NCBI GenBank assembly: GCA_052327205.1
Contig: CM126202.1
Span: forward strand, 105,028,001 to 105,092,000
Direction of reading: 5' to 3'
DNA from: Somniosus microcephalus
Lineage: Eukaryota
Length of the DNA stretch: 64,000 nt
The translations under genes were made by a program, and so were the position numbers. Below are positions 53,416-64,000 of this stretch, piece after piece. The notes under the pieces were generated by a model. That model searched no databases, was not told the origin of the DNA, and saw nothing but the letters and a program-made list of their open reading frames with translations. Numbering within the stretch: the stretch's first letter is position 1; each line of letters begins with the position of its first letter.

Positions 53416-56322
53416 CATAGAAACATAGAAGATAGGAGCAGGAGTAGGTCATTCGGCCCCTCGAGCCTGCTCCGCCATTCAATCAGATCATGGCTGATCA
53501 TCCAAATTCAGTACCCTGTCCCTGCTTTCTCCCCATATCCCTTGATCCCCTTAGCCTTAAGAAATATATCTAACTCCTTCTTGAATATATTTAATGAATT
53601 GGCCTCAACTGTCTTTGTGGTAGGGAATTCCACAGGTTCACTACTCTCTGGGTGAAGAAATTCCTCCTCATCTCAGTCCTAAATGGCTTACCCCTTATCC
53701 TTAGACTGTGACCGCTGGTTCTGGACTCCCCCGCCATTGGGAACAGCCTTCCTGCATCTAGTCTGTCTAGTCCTGTTAGAATTTTATAAGTTTCAATGAG
53801 ATCTCCTCTCATTCTTCTAAACTCTAGCGAATATAAGCCTCATCGACCCAATCTCTCTTTATACGTCATTCCTGCCATCCCAGGTATCAGTCCAAATCAT
53901 GCTGGAGTTTCTCTGCATCCTCCTCACAGCACACACGTCCACCCAGCTTTGTGTCATCTGCAAACTTGGAGATATTACATCTAGTTCCCTTGTCTAGATC
54001 ATTAATATATATTGTGAATAGCTGGGGTCCTAGCACCGATCCCTACGGTACCCCACTAGTCACTGCCTGCCACTCGGAAAAAGACCCGTTTATTCCAACC
54101 CTTTGCTTCCTGTCTGCCAACCAGTTTTCTATCCAAGTCAGTACCTTACCCCCAATCCTATGTGCTTTAACTTTGCACGCTAGTCTCTTATGCGGAACCT
54201 TATTGAAAGCCTTCTGAAAGTCCAAATACACCATATCCACTGGTTCTCCCTTATCTGTTCTACCAGTTACATCCTCAAAAAATTCCAGTAGATTAGTCAA
54301 GCATGATTTACCTTTTGTAAATCCATGTTGACTTTGTCTGATCCTGTCACTGTTATCCAAGTACTCTGCTATTACATCTTTTATAATGTACTCTAGCATT
54401 TACCCCACTACCGATGTCAGGTCTATAATTCCCTGTTTTTTCTCCACCACCTTTTTTAAATAGTGGGGTTACATTAGCTATCCTCCAATCCATGGGAACT
54501 GTTCCAGAATCTATAGAATTTTGGAAGATGACCAGCAATGCATCTACTATTTCTAGGGCCACTTCCTTAAGTACCCTAGGATGTAGATTATCAGGCCCTG
54601 GGGATTTATCGGCCTTCAATCCCGTCAATTTCCCTAACACCATTTCCCTACAAATACTGATTTCATTCAGTTCCTCCCTCTCATTAGACCCTATGGCCTA
54701 GATTTTCAGTATAGACAGTTTTGGGGCGCTAACCTTAGCACCCGCCCGAAGTTAGCGCCCGCCCCAAAGTAGCGCCCCGTTGCCGGAAATTCAGTGGCTT
54801 CGCCCTAAGAGGTAGGTGGAGCGCTAAAAGAGGCGTTCCACTACTATCTTTAGGCGCTAAGCCGGCGGTGCAGAGCGCTGCGCACGGCAGACACTCTGGT
54901 GCCAGTGAGCTCTTAAAGGGGAAGGGTGCATGTGTTTTTTGCAAAGGCAGAGTCTGGGGGGGAAAAGACGAAGGAGGAGGAGGAGGAGGAGGAGGAGGAG
55001 GAGGAGGAGGACGGAAACATAAATACACCATTCACAACACACTGGTTCCTTCCATTATAGTGCAGGAGGAGGGCCCTTTAATTTGCGCTCCCCAGGGTGT
55101 GTTGCGTTCCATTTTACAAACGCACTGGACGCCAGCCGCACAATCGGGCGGTCCGACTGAAGTTTGGATTCGGGGCGGCCAAAGGGCGTTGCACGAGGAT
55201 GTGACGTCATTTTCTGCGCGCGCATCCGGGCGGCCGCTAAACTTTGCGCCGGCGCTAACGGGCAACTTAATTTGGGGCGGGGCGCAAACTGCGCTGCGCC
55301 CGGGCGCTACACGCATAGCGCCCGAAAATCACTTCTCTTAAGGCGCTAACTGCTGGCGCAAGCAACTGAAAATCTAGCCCTATGTTCCCCGACATCTCTG
55401 GGAGTTTATTTGTGTCCTTCTTTGTGTAGACAGAACCAAAGTATATATTTAATTGATCTGCCATGTCTTTGTTCCCATTATAAATTCCCCTGATTCTGAC
55501 TGCAAAGGACCTACGTTTGACTTTACCAATCTTTTTCTCTTCACATATCTATAGAAGCTTTTACAGTCAGTTTTATGTTCCCTGCAAGCTTACTCTCATA
55601 CTCTATTTTCCCCCTCTTAATTAATCCCTTTGTCCTCTTTTGCTGAATCCTAAACTGCTCCCAATCCTCAGGTTTGCTGCTTTTTCTGGTCAATGTATAT
55701 GTCCTCTCCTTGGATCTTATGCTATCCCTAATTTCCCTTGTTAGCCACGGCTGAGTCACCTTTTTTGTTTTATTTTTATGCCAAACTGCAATGAACAAAT
55801 TCTGTAGTTCAGCCATGCGATCTTTAAATGTTTGCCATTGCCTATTCACCGTCAACCCTTTAAGTAACATTCCCCAATCCATCCTAGCCAACTTGCGCCT
55901 CATACCATCGTAGTTTCCTTTATTTAAATTTAGTTCCCAAGTCTCTGAATCAACTACTTCACTCTCCATCTTAATGAAGAATTCTATCATATTATGATCG
56001 CTCCTCCCCAAGGGGCCTCGCACAACAAGATTGCTAATTAATCCTTTCTCATGATATAATAGCCAGTCTAAGATGGCCTGATCTCTAGTTGGTTCCTCGA
56101 CATATTGGTCCAGGAAACCATCCTGTATACACTCTAGGAATTCCTCTTTCACAATATTGTTACTAAGTTGGTTAGACCAATCTATATGTAGATTAAAGTC
56201 ACTCATGATAACTGCTGTGCCCTTATTGCACGCATCTCTAATTTCCCATTTAATGACATCCCCAACCTCAGCATTACTGTTTGGGGGTCTGTATACAACT
56301 CCCACTAACGTTTTCTGCCCCT
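53416..56322 (-). mobile_element. CR1 LINE, 5'-truncated in APE, internal deletion near 53890, MITE insertion
   Basis: ORFs 55541-56305 (VYRPP, SDFN, SDHN), 54353-54643, 54043-54399 and 53591-53812; CR1 tail. Confidence 0.93.
54695..55380. mobile_element. CpG-rich Harbinger-type MITE (686 bp) in CR1
   Basis: TIRs ggcctagattttcagt / actgaaaatctagccc; TSD TAT; internal (GGA)n at ~54972-55010. Confidence 0.9.
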
Positions 56323-57818
56323 TGGGTCTGGGGTTATTTACATCAGCAGAGATCAGGGATTGAGCCTGAGACCTTTATGGTCTGTAGGATTTAGCATGAT
56401 ATAACAGAGTGCTTTACTCACTGAGCCATTGGGAGAACACTTCAAAAAGAGTTTTGTTCAAAAAAAACTTTCTATATCTGGCTTATGCTTTACGAACTGG
56501 GCCAAAGTTTCTCCCTCATGTTTCCCTTAGCATCTTTATTGTAAGTATCTTTTACATCAAGATATGCTTGTTTGATCTTGTGGCGTTTTAATAAACAAAA
56601 TGAGCTCATTTGTTGGCATGCAAACTGTCAATTCAATTAAAAGATTAATGGAATAAACAAACAAAGACGGATTATTAATATTTTCCTTCAACATTTTTTA
56701 GCTGCAGACAAGACTTGAGGCCCAGTTCTAATCAGTCTTCGCTGCTTTAAATTGACATATCCCATTGAGGCTGAACAAGATGGCTGAACACCGATTAGAT
56801 GTCAGTAGCCCCGAGACATTTTCCATTTAAATCTATCTCAACCAGAAGTGCTCATGCCTCAAAAGTAGATTTTTTTCTAATAAAAATTCTGTTCTAAACT
56901 GTGTTCGGTTTACTCCACCTATACACATCTTATCTTATCATCTCAAAACATTTCAGTAAATTGTGATGATCAATGATAGACACAGATTTCCATAGCCTCA
57001 AGCAAATGATCGAGCCCTTATTCACAGAATGATTGCAGTACGATTATATTTAAATTAAATATTGCTCTATTTATGAAGCCAATGCTGGCAGCTGATAACA
57101 ATATGAAGATTTACGAAGCTATTACTTGGAAAAGGCTTGACTGATTGCATCACTGATGGTAATAAAATAATATGTGCAAAGTATGGAAATTAAATTAAAT
57201 AGCCTGAACTCAAGTGTTGTGTAGACCTCAACCTTATGTCCATTATTAAAAAGATAATTTTCTAAAGATAAATACCTCTCTGAATGGGGTTTGACATAAA
57301 TCATGCCATTCATGTAGAAATGACTTATGAAATATACTGGGCAGCCTGCTGGTGGCGCTGTCCAGGAAGTGTATAAATACTCGGGCACGGGCCCAGCTTG
57401 CTCAGGGACATTTTGTAAACAGCAACTAGTGAAGGATAACTAGACTTCCATGTTGTGAAACAGTCGATTAAAGCCTTGTTTAATAGTCTGACCAAGTGCC
57501 TAGTAGTTTTCTTATGTCAATTTAATCGGCTGCTTGTTGCTCCATGCTCTGAGTGGTTTTGGGAACAGACAGCTATGACTCAAACGGTAGAAGGGAACCA
57601 GAGGTAGTAATCAATCCATCATAGAGAAACTACTCTGACCCGCCCGTCTTGACCTGGACCCGAATTCACCTACAACAGCTAAGGTATGGCAACACTGGTA
57701 TCGTACCTTCAGCAACTTCCTCAGGGTGTGTGGTGAGAATGTTCCTGATAAGTTAGAGATACTTGCCAATTATGTATCCCCTCATGTGTTTGACTATATC
57801 GAAGACTGTGTAGACTAT

Positions 57819-58505
57819 GGCCTAGAAATTCAGTGGCGCCCCGTTTGGGGCACCAAGCTCGCCTGGGCGCCGGAATTACCGCTTCGGGCGGAGCCGCTTG
57901 CGCCAGCCCGATATTCAGTTTCAGTGCCCCAAACGGAAGCAGGGCGCTGCTCGAGGCGCCCCTCATCCTTCTTGGGGTGCTGCAACTGAATATCGCAGCG
58001 CAACGGTACTGCAGGCCTTCCTCCCCTTCTTAAAGGGGAGGGGCCTGCACCAGCGCGATCGGTGATCATGAGTGCCAGCAAAAGAGCCCGGCACCGAGGA
58101 GAAGTGCCGGGCTCTTGGAACACAGCCGGCACTGCCTGGGGCGGGGGGGGCTCAGGAGGCTGGGGACGGCGGCGCGAGGAGGTGCTGGCAGGCGGCCAGC
58201 AAAAAAAATGGCCGCCCTGCACCTCCCCTTTAATTAGCGCCACTACCGCCGCAGGTAGGCCCCCCTGAACTGGTCACAAATTGCGACTGGCGTTACAGCG
58301 GGGGGCGCAACCAAATATCACGATCGGGGCGGTAGCGGGGCGTTGCGCACACCGATGACGTCATCAGTGGTGGCGCAGCGCTACAGGCTAACGCCGCCAT
58401 TAGCGCCCCGCTAAATTTCATGGGAGGCGTGGCCAGCGGTGCTAAACCCACTAAGTGCCCTCTTTGGGCGCTAACTGGTGGCGCAGTCCACTGAATTTCT
58501 AGGCC
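57819..58505. mobile_element. CpG-rich Harbinger-type MITE (687 bp) in Gypsy gag
   Basis: 18-bp perfect TIRs ggcctagaaattcagtgg / ccactgaatttctaggcc; TSD TAT; removal restores EDCVDY-DAAI. Confidence 0.92.
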
Positions 58506-59077
58506 TATGACGCCGCTATCCAAATACTACAGCAACTATATGTTAAGGCCCCAAACAAAATTTTTGCTCGGCATCTACTTGCCACAACTCGACAACAACC
58601 CGGGGTATCACTTGACGAATTCCTTCAAAAGCTTCGCAGGCTCAGCAAGGATTGTAATCTCAAAGCTGTCTCAGCTGAGCAGTACCAGGAGTTAATTCGT
58701 GATTCCTTTATTAACGGAATTGTGTCTCCTTTCATATGCCTGCGTCTGTTGGAGAATAAAACCCTCAAGTTACAAGTTGCCTATGACCAGGCATGTTCTC
58801 TGGACTTAGCAAAAAAAAAAATGCAGATGCCTATCTTTTACCGCGTGCACGGACTGCTGCTATCACATTTGGTGACTCCTCCAATGGGCCTCGGGCGGAA
58901 GCCCACACTGATGACTACTCTATCCTAGCCGATGGCGACCCTACCCTCGAAGCCCTGATTGATGACGGCCCTGCCCTAGTGGCATCTTGGCAATCTGGAA
59001 GGAAGTGTTTCTTCTGTGGATTTGCATTCCACTATAGGAAATATTGTCCTGCTGGTAATGCAACCTGCAGTCATTGC

Positions 59078-59325
59078 AGTAAGAAAGGTCATTTTTCTAA
59101 GGTATGCCAGTCAAGAGACTCTGTTAGTAAGAAAGGTCACTTTTCTAAGGTATACTGGTCAAGAGCCCCTGTTAGTTTTGCAGCTGCTATCTATAAAACT
59201 GTTCCTCCCCCAAGAGCCACTACTAAGGTTACAGCTGCTATCTATAAAACTGCTCCTCCCCCAAGAGCCACTACTAAGGTTACAACTGTCAAGGGTAAAA
59301 CTACTCCTCCTCCCATCACAGCTGT
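59078..59325 (+). repeat. In-frame tandem repeats in Gypsy gag (48 bp x2; 51 bp x~2.7)
   Basis: SKKGHFSKV..SR..V twice; AAIYKT.PPPRATTKVT repeated. Confidence 0.9.
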
Positions 59326-61966
59326 TTTGCCCCAAAGCCTGTCCCATGCAACCACGAAGGTTTCAGTAAATGGACACATTTTGAGTGCACTAATTGACTC
59401 ATGCAGCTCTTACAGCTTCATCAGTGAGCAGGCTGTCAGAAAGTTAAAACTGCATATTTAACCCTCAGACAGGGAAATTGCAATGGCTCTGACGACACTG
59501 ACCACCAACTCTTCCGGCTTTTGTCTTGTCGACCTTATTCCCAATGGCCGCATCTATTCCTCCACCCGGCATGGGGTGCTCAAAAACCTATGCAGTGATG
59601 TGCTCCTGGTACAGGATTTCCAGAAACAACACAAAAGACTCACTTTTGAGTTTGGAAGGTCAAAACTGGAGCTTACTATTTCCAAAGTACCGTTTTGTGC
59701 ACTTTCTTAGGCTTCGCTCGACGAGCCCTCCTTGTTTGCCAATCTTTCCCCCCGATGTAAGCCCATAGTCACTAAATCACGACGTTTCAGCCAAGATGAT
59801 CTATGCTTTATTGAGGCAGAGATCTCTCGCCTTCTAGCTGATGGTATCATTGAGCCATGTTCATCTTCCTGGCGGGCTCAAGTCGTCATTGTTAAAAGTC
59901 CTCTGAAGCAACACAAGAAACGTCTTTGCATCGATTACTCGCAAACTATTAACCAGTATACCGACCTGGATGCCTACCCACTACCACGCATCGATGACAT
60001 GGTCAATAACCTTGCCAACTACAAGGTATTTTCAACTTTTGACTTAAAGAGCGCATACCATCAAGTACCGTTAAAGGACTCTGACAAAAAGTATACAGCC
60101 TTTGAGGCCAATGGTCGGCTTTACCAGTTTTGTTGCCTTCCATTTGGGGTCACCAATGGGGTGGCCATCTTCCAATGGGCAATAGATAGCCTAGTCAAAC
60201 AGGAGAACTTAACGGACACTTTTCCATATCTGGATAATATCACCATTGCTGGTCATGACCAGAAGGAGCATGATGCCAACCTCTAGAAATTTCTTGACAT
60301 TCTCCATCGTCGCAACTTAACCTTAAATGAGTCCAAATCTGTGAAATCAGTACCATCAGTCAACATCCTTGGCTACTGGGTGGGCAATGGTGTCATCAAA
60401 TCGGATCCGGAGCGACTTCATCCGCTTCAGGAGCTCCCTCCTCCTCCGAATCTCGGCTCTCTTCGTCGGGCCTTTGGCATGTTCGCCTATTATGCGAAGT
60501 GGATACCCCACTTTTCCAACAAGATCCAGCCTGTGCTTCACGCAAAGTCATTTCCGTTGAAGACAATGGCTATTTCAGCTTTCGACCTCCTCAAGCGACA
60601 ACTGGAAAAAGCCACGCTTCGTTCCATCGATGAACATCTCCCTTTCGTGGTCGAGTGCGATGCATCGGATGTGGCGATCTCGGCTACCTTGAATCAAGGT
60701 GGTCGACCCGTTGCATTTCTGTCCAGAACTTTGCAGGGTAGCGAGCTCCATTATCCTCCTGTCGAGAAGAAGGCTACGACCATCATCGAAGCAGTACGTA
60801 AATGGAGTCATTTTCTCGCTCATCGCCATTTCACGCTTATAACCGATCAGCGCTCCGTGGCCTTTATGCTGGCTAACCGGAAACGCACTAAGATCAAGAA
60901 TAACAAAATACAGCTCTGGAGGATGAAATTGGCTGCCTTTGGCTACACCATACATTATCGACCCGGCAAATAGCATGTGGCACCGGATACCCTCACGTGT
61001 GCATTCTGCTCTTCCATGTCAACCTTCGACTCTTGCGGATCTTCATACTGACTTATGCCATCCTGGCGTTACCCATATGTTACACTTAGTGCGATCTAAA
61101 AATCTCCCATTTTCTACGGAAGACGTGAGAAGAATATGCTCCACTTGTAGAATTTACACGGAATTAAAACCACAATTCTTCCATCCTTCGGATGGCTCGC
61201 TCATACACGCTATACAGCCTATGCAGCGACTCAGCATTGACTTTAAGGGGCCACTGCCCTCCTCAACGCGAAACACCTACTTGCTTACTATGATGGATGA
61301 ATATTCACGCTTTCCCTTTGCTTTCCCCTTTCCCAATATGCTTACTTCCACAGTGATCAAATGCTTCGATCAGGTCTTTTCCCTTTGTGATACAGCCAAT
61401 TTCATCCACTCTGATTGGAGTCCCTCCTTCATGTCAAGCGAACTCAAAAGTTATCTTTCCCAACAGGGAATCGCCACAAGTAGAATGACACCGTATCATC
61501 CTATTGGAAACAGACAGGTTGAGAGATACAATGCTATCATTTGGAACGCTGTTCGTCTTGCACTGAGGTCACACAACCTATCAGACCAGCAGTGGGAAAC
61601 TATGCTCCCTGACGCATTGCATTCCATCAGGTCTCTTCTTTCTACATCCACCAATGCTACTCCTCATGAACGATTTTTCGGGTTCCAGCGTCGCTCCACT
61701 CATGGGACGTCCCTACAGGCATGGTTGGCAGCTCCTGGCCCCGTGCTGCTCCGAAGATTCGTCCGATCCTCTAAGAGTGATCCCCTCGTTGACGAAGTGG
61801 AACTGATGCTTGTCAATCCCACGTACACATACGTGCAGTACCCTGATGGCCAGGCATCCACAGTGTCACTTCGGGATCTGGCTCCCTGCCCAACCGATCC
61901 CACGGACCCAATCGATGGCGGGACCTGTATCAATGACGCTGATACCCTGCGCTCCTCTGAGGATGA

Positions 61967-64000
61967 TGTTGTGTCCGTGTATAATAAGACACAGACTGCA
62001 GGAGAACGGTACAACAGGTGTTTACTAAACGTGGCTCACACTGGAACTGATCTGTACAGATCACTACTCAGTGCTATATACAGGTGTGGTCACTGCCGGT
62101 ACTGCAGTATACATGAGCTGTCAAAGATAGTTCCCCCCTTAAAGGTATATACATTACAATTCCTCCCCTTTTAGATTAACAGGACCATAACACTCATTTA
62201 ACAATTAAATATCAAACTAATTACAATTAACACTTTTAACATGCAACATTAGCTGAAAATAGTCTATTTATATATTCAGTCTTTGGGGAGGCTTCCTCAT
62301 CCTTTCTGGATAGCGCCTTTCCCGAGTGTCTTGCTCTTGGTGCGGAGGCGATTCTGGCCCCCTGTCGTCGGTTGGTTCATCAGCTTCCGATGCTACTGTT
62401 TCTGGGGTAGATGCGACCTGTACGTCGGGTTCATCACCAGGTACGTATGGGCGAGGCATGAGGTTGACTTGTTCCTGTGACTCTAGGATCTGGTCAGCAT
62501 GGCGTCTCACGATGCTCTCCCCAACGTCCACTGTGTACATTAGTGGGCCCTGCCGTGTGCATATCGTTCCTGGCTGCCATTTTTCTGTTCGGTAGTCGCG
62601 GGCCAAGACTGGTTGCTCTACATTGAAGCTCCTTGTTGGCTTCTCATGGATGTGCTAGAATTCCTTACTCTCAACATCTCTTCGTATGTTTGGTCTGAGC
62701 AAATCCAGGCGAGATCTTAACCTTCGGTTAAAGAACATCATGGCTGGGGCCTGGTTGGTGACTGCATGTGTCGCATTCCGGTAGGCGAACAGGAAATTGT
62801 CCACCTTGTGCTGCAGTGGAATATTGTCATTGTACATAGCCTTTATTGCCTTCTTAAAGGTTTGTACGAACCTCTCAGCCAATCCATTTGTGGCTGGATG
62901 ATACGGGGCGGATGTGTAATGCCTTACCCCATTCTTTTTCAAGAACCTCCGGAACTCTTCGGACACAAACTGTGGTCCGTTGTCGGGGCAAATCTGTTCT
63001 GGCAAGCTGTTCCTGGCAAAAATGGTCCGTAGGACTGCAATAGCTTTCTCCGTGGTAGTGGAGGACATTTTGATGACCTCAGACCATTTCGAGTGCGCAT
63101 CCACGGCTATTAAAAACATTGAGTCCATGAATGGACCAGCAAAATCAATATGCACCCGTTGCCATGGAGATGAGGGCCACTCCCATAGGTGTAGAGGGGC
63201 CTGTGGTGGTGCATTTTGGACTTTCTGGCATCCTGAGCAGCTCTTGGTCAGGTCCTCGATTTGTTTATCGATTCCCGGCCACCACACATAAGCCCTGGCT
63301 AGGCTTTTCAATTTTACCCCTCCCAGATGACCCTCATGAAGCTCATTGAGCTCTCTATCTCTTAACTTGGGTGGAATTACCACTCGGGATCCACACATCA
63401 AGGTCCCCCGGCACACTGACAGCTGTTCTCTCCTTGTCAAGAATGCTGGCAACAGTGAGCCACCAATGTGCTGGCCATCCCTTCACCGTCAAATCATATA
63501 CCCGAGACAGTGTCGGGTCATTTCGGGTTTCCTTTTCGATACAAGCGTTAGTTACCGGTTGGTATTCAACTGTAGTCGAATGGAATATTTCGACAGGATC
63601 CACTGCTGGTGCTTCCTCCGCAGTAGGCAGTGGCAGGCGTGATAGCCCATCAGCATTTCCATGCTGTTTCGTGACCTTATATTCAATCTCATAGTGGTGC
63701 GCCCCTAGAAAATGTGAGCATCTTTGTAGTCGTTGCGCAGTCATCACCGGAACGCCCTTCTTTGGATTAAAAATGGAGGCAAGAGGCTGGTGATCAGTCA
63801 GCAAGGTGAATTTCTGCCCGTGCAGATAGTGATTGAACTTTTCACTCCCCACATTAGGCTGAGGGCCTCCCTGTCAATCTGGGCGTAGTTACGCTCGGCT
63901 GAGGTTAGTGATCATGACGCAAAGGCTATTGGCCTCTCCGAGCCGTCTGAGAATTTCTGCGACAGCACCGCTCCAATGCCGTAGGGTGATGCATCACATG
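61967..64000 (-). mobile_element. Ty3/Gypsy (Mag-like) element, 3' LTR plus IN/RNase H, nested in the preceding Gypsy; runs off the window
   Basis: LTR 61967-62158 (tgttg...taca); PPT identical to that of the 27920 element; ORFs 62655-63452, 63355-63852 and 62268-62606 closely match that element's Pol. Confidence 0.93.

Larger units (their letters stand above)
57313..61966 (+). mobile_element. Ty3/Gypsy element (5' LTR, gag-pol), degraded; 3' part displaced by a nested element
   Basis: Putative LTR 57313-57519 (TG...CA, TATAAA 57372, ATTAAA 57467). Gag EKLL*PARLDLDPNSP..., CCHC knuckles, PR IDSCS, RT YLDN, RNase H ECDAS, IN. LTR limits are unconfirmed because the 3' LTR is outside the window. 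Confidence 0.88.

Noticed and set aside
59078-59325. CRISPR-like array
   Set aside because: Head-to-tail coding repeats without unique spacers, in a eukaryotic retroelement.

Overview
Vertebrate genomic DNA, most likely a shark or other elasmobranch (HE1-type V-SINE, SacSINE1-type Deu-SINEs, abundant CR1/L2). The only host gene I can identify is the 3' end of ADAMTS19 on the + strand: a TSP1 exon at 21201-21378, the terminal PLAC exon at 36385-36536, and the 3' UTR. Most of the rest is nested transposable elements. These are a very young but integrase-deleted BEL/Pao element, four Ty3/Gypsy elements, a solo LTR, CR1/L2/Rex1 LINEs, SINEs, a Penelope-derived palindrome with two minimal hammerhead motifs, and many PIF/Harbinger elements (one Myb/SANT-coding copy plus CpG-rich MITEs). 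The most notable observation is that the BEL/Pao element and one Gypsy element have no tRNA-type PBS. The sequence at the PBS position is instead complementary (10-12 nt) to a CAGT-initiated segment inside their own LTR, which resembles Tf1-type self-priming. The two other Gypsy elements whose PBS is visible have ordinary tRNA PBSs. All calls were made by eye without database searches, and boundaries of old repeats are approximate.
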